Assembly (NCBI GenBank): GCA_022813965.1
Contig: JALDZS010000027.1
Coordinates: 62,001 to 126,000, forward strand
Direction of reading: 5' to 3'
DNA length: 64,000 nt
DNA from: Toensbergia leucococca
Lineage: Eukaryota
In this document: piece after piece, positions 1 through 10,179 of the stretch
Numbering within the stretch: position 1 is the stretch's first letter
Layout: every line of letters begins with the position of its first letter
Position numbers and translations under genes: made by a program
Notes under the pieces: model-generated
What the model was told of the DNA's origin: nothing
Databases searched by the model: none
The model's input: only the letters and a program-made list of their open reading frames with translations

Positions 1-16
1 CTTTCTTTACTTACGA

Positions 17-2212
17 GTGCTAGCAGATATCTCAACTATCAGTAATTCTGGCCAGTACATTTCGATTGATTCAAGGCCTGTAGCCTGCACTCGCGGCACA
101 CTGAAACAGATCATTAGCCTTTTCAAATCTTATCTTCGATCTGCTCGATCGTTGAACAATGGCGAAAAACTCGTAGATCCATTTCTGTGTATGAACATTG
201 TCTGCCCACCAAGTAGCTACGACGCAAATGTTGAGCCCGCCAAGGACGACGTACTATTCATAGATGCTGATATCTTTATTAGGACTATCGAACAATTTTT
301 CAAGAGTGTTTATGGAGCGCTGCTGGTTGTAAAATCTACGGTAGATCAGGTGAGGCAATCGGCGCCCAAATCTCGAGCCTTCGATCTTCTGCTCGCTAGG
401 AAGCCGCCACCTACAGAAGATCGCGATGATCCAAACCGTTGTTGCAATGAGCAGGGGAAGCAGGATGATGGGTCAACTGCTATGAGGTCGCCACCTGTCA
501 TTGGAAATGTCACTATTGCTACACTTGGAGATGTACCTCACACAGAAGAACAGACATCCCAGTTACGATCACTTCCGAGTGAAATGATGAGCAGAAACGA
601 GGAATCTCCTGAAAGACTGGCAGCTCTAAAGCTACTTCCAGGTATTGGTGATAGCTCTATGAATGACGAACCTCCAATAAAAAAGAGGCGCACTTGGCAA
701 CGGAACATGTATGAGGAAGACGAGGAAGAGATGACCTATTCCAACGCTGAGAACGGCGAGCTGGAAGATCTGACTCTGGGCGGGGAGATTGATGAAAGGG
801 ATGCATTACGAGACATTGCAGTTTCAAACCCCTGGACATTTGCCAAAATGAACACATCAGTCCGTCCTGCACGAGTACAAAGAGATCTGGACACAAGCAA
901 GAGCTTTGAAAATAATGGCCAACTTTTGACGCCATCACGTCAGAATGGTGAACGCCTGAACGGATTGAATTCTGCCCAGCGTCAACATACCGAAGACTTC
1001 CAACGCGGCTTACCAACCCCCAATAGATCCCGATTGTTGCCTTCATCTGTACTAGAGCCACAATCATCTCCATCGGAACGGTTTCCTTTTCCAAGTCGAG
1101 CCTGGGGAAAAGGAGATCGGGAGGCAATATCACGCAAGCAAAAGGAACAGGCTAGGGATCTTCAGGGTCACGGCGCTCTTGACACCTGGGTGCAAAAGTC
1201 TGTCGACGACGAGATACGTTTCCCTCGACCAGTCAGCGATTCTGATGACCAAACCCTTGCGAACAATGGAATTCTACCTAGCACCCGATCTAATGACTTC
1301 ATATCAGCACGCAATCTACCCACAGGAACCCCTCTAAGCGCCATTCCCTCTGTACCCCAAAGACCAAACCGCAAACCCATCCAACGAAAGCAGCACCACC
1401 AAAGCATCTCTAACCCCCCCTTCATCTCCCCCATCCATGATCCCTCAAGAGTCTGGTTCGAAATAGAACCCCGTCCCAAAGCCGCGCTCTCCCACCAAGA
1501 AGTCCTCTCGCAAACCGTCCGAAAGAGCATCGCAGCCACCGCCCCCCTTCCCTTCGCCAGCGAAGACGAAGACTCCGTCCTCGACTCCAGCCCGGAAAAG
1601 CACCCCCAAGCTCAACCAACTCATCCCGACCTAGAAACAACGATGGACTACGAGCACCGCAAAAAAGTCGCTGTCCAAAACCGAAAGGACTTTCTCCGCC
1701 GCCAGCAAAAAGCGCAATCAATCTCTCCTGCGCAAGACCCTGCCCCTTCCACACCACCCAAAACAACAACAGCAACATCACCCCACAAAAACCGCTATCA
1801 CGCCGCCCTCGCAGCCCTCTCCCCACATCTCGACCCCGCAGATCCAAGATCTCACCTCCTCCACCCAAAGAGAAGAAAAACAGCCCTCCTCCCCCTCGAA
1901 TCGACCCCGCAAGATGAATTCCTAACCCGCAACCTCACCCTCCCCCTCTCCACCCCGCCATCATCGGCGCTCAAAGCCACCGTCGTTGCACTCTGCCGCC
2001 ATGACGCATATGTTGCGGACGGAGAGATTAGGGGTGCTTTTGAAAGGGAGATAATGAGGGCAGAGGTTGGGGTTTTGGAGGTCAGGGTTAGGGGGTTGGT
2101 TGAGAGAGGGTTTGAGAGGGAGGGAGGTGGGCGGGTGGTTGGGTTCAAGGTTAATTTGGGGGGCGTGTTTGAGGGGGGGGAGGGGATGGGCTTGGGAGGA
2201 GTGGAGGAGTAA
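17..2212 (+). CDS. MutL-family DNA mismatch repair protein (MLH2/PMS1-like), 3' part; gene begins upstream of the window
   Basis: MutL transducer-domain motifs GQYISIDSRPV...LKQII and DPFLCMNIVCPPSSYDANVEPAKDDVLF, then a long low-complexity region with SNPWTFAKMN. The first ~23-26 nt look like an intron 3' end. Confidence 0.85.
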   Translation: MLADISTISNSGQYISIDSRPVACTRGTLKQIISLFKSYLRSARSLNNGEKLVDPFLCMNIVCPPSSYDANVEPAKDDVLFIDADIFIRTIEQFFKSVYGALLVVKSTVDQVRQSAPKSRAFDLLLARKPPPTEDRDDPNRCCNEQGKQDDGSTAMRSPPVIGNVTIATLGDVPHTEEQTSQLRSLPSEMMSRNEESPERLAALKLLPGIGDSSMNDEPPIKKRRTWQRNMYEEDEEEMTYSNAENGELEDLTLGGEIDERDALRDIAVSNPWTFAKMNTSVRPARVQRDLDTSKSFENNGQLLTPSRQNGERLNGLNSAQRQHTEDFQRGLPTPNRSRLLPSSVLEPQSSPSERFPFPSRAWGKGDREAISRKQKEQARDLQGHGALDTWVQKSVDDEIRFPRPVSDSDDQTLANNGILPSTRSNDFISARNLPTGTPLSAIPSVPQRPNRKPIQRKQHHQSISNPPFISPIHDPSRVWFEIEPRPKAALSHQEVLSQTVRKSIAATAPLPFASEDEDSVLDSSPEKHPQAQPTHPDLETTMDYEHRKKVAVQNRKDFLRRQQKAQSISPAQDPAPSTPPKTTTATSPHKNRYHAALAALSPHLDPADPRSHLLHPKRRKTALLPLESTPQDEFLTRNLTLPLSTPPSSALKATVVALCRHDAYVADGEIRGAFEREIMRAEVGVLEVRVRGLVERGFEREGGGRVVGFKVNLGGVFEGGEGMGLGGVEE

Positions 2213-3003
2213 GGTTGGGATGGAGAGGATCTGTTTTGATGGTTGGGAATTGGCTGGGTTGTGCTTTGGCTTGATGGGGGGAGGTTGCGTCCGCTGAGCA
2301 TGGTTGGCTGTTTGCTGTGTGTTATCGCGTGGCATTGGCTTGAAGAATTCGATGATTAGATGGATGTTTTACTGGCATAGAGAACCACCCCCCCCGGCGG
2401 GCTCATCCATCTTTACGAATATTAATAACCATATTTTCTCACTTTCCCACATCCACTCACCTCACCTCACCTCATAATCGCCATCATCACCATCGACCAG
2501 CCCAAAAAGCCATCAAACCCAACAAATCCATCAACTGATTGTTAAAAAATCCTCTATTTCGCAAAAAAAAAAGCGCACTAAACTAAACCGAATCGAATCG
2601 AATCGAACTAAACAAACCCACTGGCACACAAACCATCTCGTCCGTTAAAAAAAAAAGAACTCGCAAGTCTAAAAAGGGACCACCCCCTATTTAAAGCCGG
2701 GGGGGGGCCAAAATTTCCAATGCACGCCTGCCAAAACACCCTCATTTTCGTTTTTCATTTTCGTTTCAAACCCAAGCCAACCGAGTAAGAAGGTCAGGTC
2801 CATCCTCCGACGCCATCGCTGTGCGAACAGAGGGGGGTATGAGTAAAAAGAAAAGCACACACAAGCCCGTATGAAAAAAAAGCCACGCCTTCGAAAAAAA
2901 AAAGGTTTAATCGAAAAGTAGAAGACGGAGTCCATCATTAAGCATCACCAGGCATGCACATCATAATCCCACCCCCCGGGTCCCCCTACTTCTCCCACCT
3001 ACC

Positions 3004-6000
3004 TCAATCTTCATCCCTTGTCTCGCAATACCACCCATGCTTATCCCCTCCACACGCTCCGATACTGACCCATACCAGCTTCTGCGGCCCCCCATCTCTC
3101 AAACCCTCCCACGTATACTTCCTCGGCTGGTCCAAACATCCCAGTCCCCCGCACTCGTTCCAGTCAACCACCACATCAAAGATCCACGACAGCTTCGGCA
3201 CCAGCTCGTTCATGTCCAGGATTTCGCGGAGACGACGTCCGGCTTTCTTGGAAAGGATGTTGACAAAAGTGTCAGTAGGATAGGAAAGCACGCTACGATC
3301 ATCCAGAGCCCAGGTTTCGAGTGCGCCTGAGTCCCTTAGGGTTTTTGCAGAGTTCGCAGAGAGGTGGTAGAAGTCGAGGTAGAGGCCGTCGTTGGAGAGG
3401 ACGAGTTTTGTATGATCTGGGAAATTGAACTGGAAGGAGCCATCGCCGAAGCCCCAGATGCCAACATTTCCGAGACGCTGGTAGAATTTGACGAAGATGC
3501 TGGTTTCGTCGGGATCGACATGATCGGTGTTATCTTGCTTGTCAACGGAACCTAGGCTGGATGCACTATCTTCCTTATTTCCAGAGGCCTGGGTCATGTA
3601 TTTTGCAAACTTGGACCAAAGGTTCAGAGTGTTGCGTTTCGCAGCATCATGTTTGTTAATATCTGGTTTCAATGCCTCGACCTTTTCGTCTGGCTTAACC
3701 TTTCTTCCTGGCTTATCTTCGATTTGGTATTCTTCAGGTGACACAAGAACCCGCTTGATTCCCTCGTTGCCGCAATTTTCGAAGAACTCGATTGCTGCCC
3801 CGTCCTTTGGTACGATTTGGTGCCTCTCGGTGTAAGCTGTGTATTTGCGGTTCTTTAGGTGTTGCTCTGCGCCGGGGACAACAACGCAAACTGGTGGATT
3901 CCCTTCCATACTCTTGAATGCACATCCAACAGTACCATTTGCAAGAACGTAACCGATACCAAATTTATTGGTATAATCGACCCATTTCACAACAACTGGG
4001 CGCCTCTGTGGGTTCGGATCTTTTCCAAGAAAATGGGCAGTAAAAGCATGCTGAGCATCTGGAATAGGATGTTTCATCGAACCTGAAGCTTGCAGATCCA
4101 CGGATTCCTTCTCCAAGATGCTCGAAAGATTCGATTGAAGACTGGAGAGATTCTTTTTGACTTCCTCCGGCTTCGTACCCGGCAAGGATTGAGCAGACTC
4201 ATCTTGTCCTATGAGAAAACTTAGTGGCTGTGTTGACTGGTCCAAAAACTTTGGTTTCACAATATGATACAAACGTTCTTTTCTCGCTAGTAATGGGAGC
4301 GAACCGGATACAAGGTCTTTCTTGATATTTGCAGCTCCTGCCATTTCCATAGCTACTGCAGCTGCGAGTGTAGATTCTTCATGCTTCATTGCTTGACGTC
4401 GTGCGGCTTCCTTGACAGCAGGCAAAGCTTTATTGAGAGCTCGAGTCGCCACGGATCTGGTCACTCGCGATAGTGTTGGTTTCACTCGCGGTGGTTCTGA
4501 TTCTGCTTGCGATGGTTTCGGTTCTGCTTGCGGTGGTTTCGGTTCTACTTGCGGTGGTTTTAATTCTGCTTGCGATGGTTTTGGAATCAAATGCTGAGCT
4601 TCGGTGTCTGTGACTGTTCCTCGACTAGAAGTAGAAGCCGTCTCCATGTCTGGAATTCCTGCAATTTGCAAATCATCAATAGTATCGCGACTGACTACTG
4701 AAAACCGATCGGGATTAGGACCCACGTCATCCACCTGAGCCCGAGTCCGCGCTTTGGGACGAGTTGGAGCGTTGCCAATACAACTCTGGGCACGAAGTTG
4801 TGCGGCGTGGCTCATAGAACCAATCGAAGCAATCGATAAATGTCCAGCCTTGGCTCGAATGACCGTCGGCCAGGTGTGCGAAACGGGATACGAGGAATAG
4901 ACGGTACCTTCTGGGAGGGGTACTACAGGTGTACACTTCCTCTTTTCCTCTGCCACACAAGCCCGGTACACTGATATATTAAGATCTTCGCCAACAAGGT
5001 CCTTCAATCCGTCTCCCAAGCCGCATTCTTTGCTGAATGATACAGCACTTGTGTGAGGATGCTCAAGAGACATGACGTCTCCGTATGGCCGACTCTTTTC
5101 AAGCCATGATGGCTTGTAGTGAACACACTCCTTATCTAAACTCAAAGGTATAGCGATACCTCCGTGCATTGAGAAGAATGCGTGTTGGACAATCATGTCC
5201 GGGTCAGGGCGCTCTTCAGCGCGCACTCTGAGTAATGTTGAAACGAGCGCCTTGAGCTCGTCCGGGGTCTCGTTCGAACACTTCGAGTCTTTGGTCCATG
5301 AATAACTCGGAGAAGTGAACTTGTCATTCTTCGGCCAATCGTAAAGAGCGACTTTGACCTTTTGGTAAATCTCATCGGGTGATGGTGACTGAAAGGGGGG
5401 GTATCCATTGCTCATGGCATATCTAAGCCAAGTCAGACGTTTGAAAGAGGCATAATGAGCACAATCAAGCTGCGGTACTCACATGATGACGCCAATGGCC
5501 CAGATATCAACCTTATGATCGTGGCCATTCGGACGCTTGTCTAGAATTTCGGGTGCAATGTAATTCGGCGTGCCACATATGGTTTTTCGTCTGTCAACCT
5601 CTTTGGCCTCATCCTTTGTCCACAGGATGGCCGCCAAGCCAAAGTCCCCAATCTTGATATTCAAGTTCTGATCTAGAAAGATGTTGCCCATCTTTAGATC
5701 CCGGTGGATGATGTTGCGCCCGTGCATGTACTTGATTGCTCCGCACAGCTGGATGGTGAAACGTCTAACTTCTGGTAGACTCAAGCATCCTCGCTGCTTG
5801 ACCATGTCCATAATCGATCCATTGGGACAGAGTTCCAAGACCACGTACATGCATGTGTTGAAGGTAAATGCCCGGTGAAACTCAACAATGTTCGGATGAC
5901 GCATCTTTGAATGGATTTGTAGTTCGCTTTTAAACTGTGTGCAATTTAGCAATCGTTCCGACATGTATGGAGATGGTTGTGCACCTTGTCCTCCACCTTC

Positions 6001-6320
6001 TTCGATCCTAATTTGGATCTCACAATCTTCAGAGCAAATTTACGGTTGCGCTGTTCTCCCTTATACTTTAGACCCACCAATGTGGCTTCATGACAAATAG
6101 CGAAGCCGCCTTTCCCGAGGCAAGCACCCGTCTGAAATTTCTCACTGTCAATTCCGTCTGGACCAACTGGCTGAATCACGAATTTTGGTGGTGCAGGCGC
6201 AAGCTTTTTCTCTTTCTCGGCTTTTCTCGCCGCTGCTTCCTGAGACTTCAGTATCTCTTCCTTGGTGGTAGTGCGCGGTGTATACTGTAAGTTGACTGGA
6301 CGAATAGATAGAGCCTCCAT
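3004..6320 (-). CDS. CDC5: Polo-like Ser/Thr kinase (Cdc5/PlkA)
   Basis: GKGGFA, ALK, HRDLKMGN, DFGLA, CGTPNYIAPE kinase motifs; polo boxes VVKWVDYTNKFGIGY and FQFNFPDHTKLVLS. Introns 5935-5984 and 5423-5482 (GT-AG, frame-preserving). Start taken at MEALSIRPVN (6320); the ORF stays open to an ATG at 6890. Confidence 0.95.
4480..4584 (-). repeat. Coding minisatellite, 21-bp unit x ~5 (PKPSQAE/LKPPQVE/PKPPQAE/PKPSQAE/SEPPRVK) in the polo kinase linker
   Basis: Repeated ggtttcggttctgcttgcg-type units on the + strand. Confidence 0.85.
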
Positions 6321-7442
6321 AGCGTTAGGCTGTGATTGTAGCTGTAAAAGTACCTCCTTCATAAACTTAGAACGTGCTCTCCAGGTATCTAACACGGCAG
6401 GCCAAAGAGGATCGTTCTCAGGATCAGGTGTGTTGTCAAAATTGACAATTTGCTTGCGGTTATCGGATTTAACGTGGAACCAGGGAGGATATTTATTGAA
6501 AATAGGAGTTTGAGATACTTTGCCAACTTTTTTGACGAGGCGACGCCCGAGATGACTGAGCGGACGGCTAATTAGTCCAAATCTTGTATCATGCTTAAAG
6601 TCATCCTGCTCTATGCTTGGGATAAGTATGCGATGGTAGCAAAGTGGTGGTATTAGGTCATCGTCTTCTAGCGTAATCGATTGTTCTTCGAAGATTCGGT
6701 CGGAAGCAAACGATCTTTTGCGAAGATAGCAAAAATATTGTATTACGTCGTCGGCCTCTGGAGTAGTCGATTGTTCTTCGAGGATTTGGTTGGAAGCAAG
6801 CGATCGGGTTCTACGAGCATTTGCGTTAGCTATTGCCCAACTCTCATCCTCTTCAGATGTATACAGCACGCGGCCTTGCAAAGAAGCCATATTGGAGGTT
6901 GTGATGATGGTGGGTTGCGAAATGAGCAATTGTGAAGGTTGATGCAAGACTTACAGGAATTGATTGTGGGCCCTGGTGATTCCTCCTAGGATTGACGGGG
7001 GCGACCTCACTGGCGCAACCAAAAAAGTGGCAGAATGTTGTGCGGATGTTGGACGTCTGGGTGGAGATATGTAGTTCGGATTTGCAGAGCTGGCAGCTAA
7101 AATAAACACCGGATCTCGCATGAAGTATCCAGCCGGCGCTAGTGGCTCACTGGACAACCGAGACAACGTTCGCTAATGAGTATCCCCAGTACCCCCTTAA
7201 GCGAGTTTACCCCATCAGTACTCCGTAATCGAGATCGGGAAACCAGTATTCGATTATTGAGCCCTCCCCTTCTTTGTGGAGTACAATCAGCCCTTTGCTA
7301 ACGTTCTGGAATCTCTTTCTTCTTTGGAATTGTAGGCCTGTCAATACACTGGCTATCCTCGCCAGCTTTTTCTTCTCAATCCCCAATGGAGTCCCCGCAC
7401 GTACACCCTTGGAGGTGACATTTTCTCGCTGCATGGCCCGCA

Positions 7443-8356
7443 ATGTCTAGTATCACTCTCAAGATCTCTTCCCTAGTTATCCGTACCCTATCAAAGCCCA
7501 TTGGTGTATGTCCATCATTCTACTCGCACCCCAGTCCCAGCTAATCCTTTCCAAGAACTATCTCAAATCCCAAGCGCGGGAGCATCAGGGATTCAGGCGG
7601 ATTTGCGTATCCTTTGCTCAATGGCTTCACCGCAGCGACATGAGACTTCGATTAGGCCTACTCCAAGACACCGCAGCAATTGATAAACAAGTAGCGCGAG
7701 AAGCAGCAGAAGCTCAGGCAAAAAAGCACAAGCTCGAGATCCCTACCGTGAAGACAGAAGCCCAGGCCAAATTGGAAGAGGCAACCGCAGCTAAAGAGAA
7801 AGAGAAGGGGTTGGAAAAGATCAAACCTTCCTTAATGCCAAAGGCACGCATAAGACCGCTTTCGGAAGCCAAAGCCATTGACTCTGGCGCCAATTTTATC
7901 TCGGAAGCTTTCTTGTTTCTAGTAGGCGGAAGCCTGATTGTCTTCGAAACGTGGCGTTCGAGAAGAAAGGAGACGAATCGTCGAGAAGACGTTGCAGAGA
8001 GAATGAGTGAACTGGAGGAAAACGAGAAAGCTGCGAGGAGAGCGCTTGTGGAATTGGAAAAGGAGATTCTGCGGCTGCGAGCCAAGGAGAGCAAGCTTCC
8101 TCCACTGACGAAGAAGAGGATCTTGCCAAAGGAGATATGGGAGTTGGAAGAGCAGGAAGAACGAGAAGAGGAGGTGGAATCGAAAGGATGGGTATCATGG
8201 GCCAAGGGATTACTCAACACCGAAGCAGAGCCTCAGGCTTCTGCAGCAGAATTTACAACTCCGAATCAACCTCTTGACAAGGCCACATCGATTTCTTCCT
8301 CACCATCGACTCCCAACACCGTCAAAGCAGCATCCTCAGCACATACAACAAAGTAA
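7443..8356 (+). CDS. OPA3: OPA3-like mitochondrial protein
   Basis: Exon 1 MSSITLKISSLVIRTLSKPIG (7443-7505), intron 7506-7555 (gtatgt...ctaat...aag), exon 2 NYLKSQAREH...RIRPLSEAKAIDSGANFISEAFLFLVG. Confidence 0.92.
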
Positions 8357-8653
8357 CGATACAGGTGAAAGCATTCCTACAAAGAACCTCAGAATCCAGG
8401 CATTCACGGTGGGCACTAAACTAGCGTATCCGTCCTCTCTACCCACTTTACCCACAATTCCCTCTTCAATCACTCCAAATCCTAGAGAGCGTCCGCAATT
8501 CCTCTCGTTGTTTCTCCAACTCACAGCGCCAAGCGCTAGGGCTTGCAGTCAGCACACTAAAAGCACTAGCTGCAAGCGAAAAAGGTTAATTCGCGTGCGG
8601 TGACCAATGTTGATAAAGCGGCGGTTGGACTAGGGCGTTTCAAGGCGTTGGAG

Positions 8654-8898
8654 AGCTGTGTATGATACCTGTAGGAAAGCTCCCTACTCATAGCAAAAAT
8701 CTACTCCATCTCAAACATCTATCTTTGAGGCCTCGTTATCCGAAAAAGCACAGCTGTATTATACCTGTAGCAAAAGTCCCACTCTGACAAAATCTACTCC
8801 ATCTCATTCATTTCTCTCTGGATCCCTTGTAACCATGAAGCACAAGTGTATGACACCAGCAGCAAAGATCCCTCCTCTAACAAAATCTCCCCCATCTC
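8654..8898. repeat. Degenerate tandem repeat, three ~55-60 bp cores at ~95-bp spacing
   Basis: Cores at ~8654-8713, 8752-8806 and 8845-8898 share tgta-ga-acc-g-ag-aaa-tccc-ct---caaaatct-c-ccatctc. Confidence 0.8.
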
Positions 8899-9040
8899 CT
8901 CCACTTCTCTCCTCTCCCTCGTCATCCGGAAGCACAAATGCACGATCCCTAGCACAACCCCCCCCCCCCCCCCACCCACTCCCAGCAAACCCTCCAACAA
9001 CCTCCACACACACCCTCCCCTCCCCAAAAAAAAACAAAGC

Positions 9041-9939
9041 CTACCCACTTCCCCCCCAAAACCCCACCATCCCCTCCACAACCCCCCACCCCAACAACCC
9101 CCCCAACCTCTCCCTCCCCCCAGCAACCTCCTCCCCAACCAAACTGACCAACTCCCCCAACCCCCCAACCCGGGCCCCCAAAACATCAACCTCATGCCGC
9201 CCCACACGCCCCCGGTAACTCCCCCACGGCACCAGCGCCAACGGCGACAAAAGCACAGGCCGCAGAACCGGTTGCGTCGAGAACTGCGCGAGGTAGGCGC
9301 TTAGGCAGGGAACGAGGGCGGCTGGGGAGGGGATGGGGAGGAGAGGGAGGGTGAGGAGTCTAGATAGAGCGGTGGTTGTTAGTCCCCTGTTTCCCCAAGA
9401 ATCCGCACACCACACCACGCTACCTTCCCCCCCCCACCACAAAAAACACAAAAAACACAAAAAACCACAAAAAGAAAAAAAAAACAGGATTTCCCCATGT
9501 GCGAAAAAGAGCGAGGGGAGAGTAGAAAAAGAGAATCCACCAACCGCGCTTGCAACGCCATAAACAGCCCCATCCCCATCCCCATCCCTCCCTCCCCCTC
9601 CTCCTCAGCCGCATCACCAGACAGTAAAAACGCAACCCCCGCCCTCTCGGTCGAAAAGCAGGTCAGGCGAGCGATGCGATCGAGGGTCTGAGGAAGCGAG
9701 GATGGGTGCAGGGAGGAGGGTGAGAGGAGGAGGAGGTTTAGGTGCTGTGGGGTGGTGGAGGGGAGGGGGAGGGAGAGGTCGTGGGGCGTGAGCGTCGTTT
9801 CTTGTTGGGGTTAGTTGGTTGTTTGTGGGGGGGGAGTGGGAGGAGGTTGGGGCTTACCGCGGAGGGAGAAGGGGGGGGAGGTGAGGAGGGGGAGGAGGGG
9901 GGCGAGGGTGGGGTTGGTGCGGAGGGTTGTGCTGAACAT
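9041..9939 (-). CDS. Hypothetical 218-aa protein, ERCC1/FAAP24/SPO16-like (XPF-family pseudonuclease + HhH2)
   Basis: Exons 9939-9858, 9800-9545, 9359-9041 (82+256+319=657 nt). Introns 9857-9801 (gtaagc...ctaac...aag) and 9544-9360 (gttggt...ctaac...tag). Phases join without stops. The family call is by-eye similarity only. Confidence 0.7.
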
Positions 9940-10179
9940 TTCGTTAATGGAGTTCCGAGGAGGTGGGTTGGGGAGATTGATCAGTCGTGTGGTAGAGAAA
10001 GCGAGGGTAGAAAGATCTTTTTGGTTTTTTCTTCCTTATCCATGACGTGCGGATGAGGGGCTGAGTTATATTCATCAAGAGAAGATCGCTCGCGTAGACA
10101 CTTGGAGAACCGCACGCCTTACACTTCAACATCCATCCACAAGCAACCTTGAAATGCAAACCTCCCAACCGTAACTCCG

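Noticed and set aside
8654..8898. CRISPR-like repeat-spacer appearance
   Set aside because: Eukaryotic context, only three degenerate non-palindromic copies, no cas genes.
8794..10056. Many overlapping Pro- or Gly-rich ORFs (also 1852-2335, 25924-26614, 51205-52265)
   Set aside because: Artefacts of C- and G-homopolymer DNA lacking stop codons; only the spliced models reported have splice-signal support.
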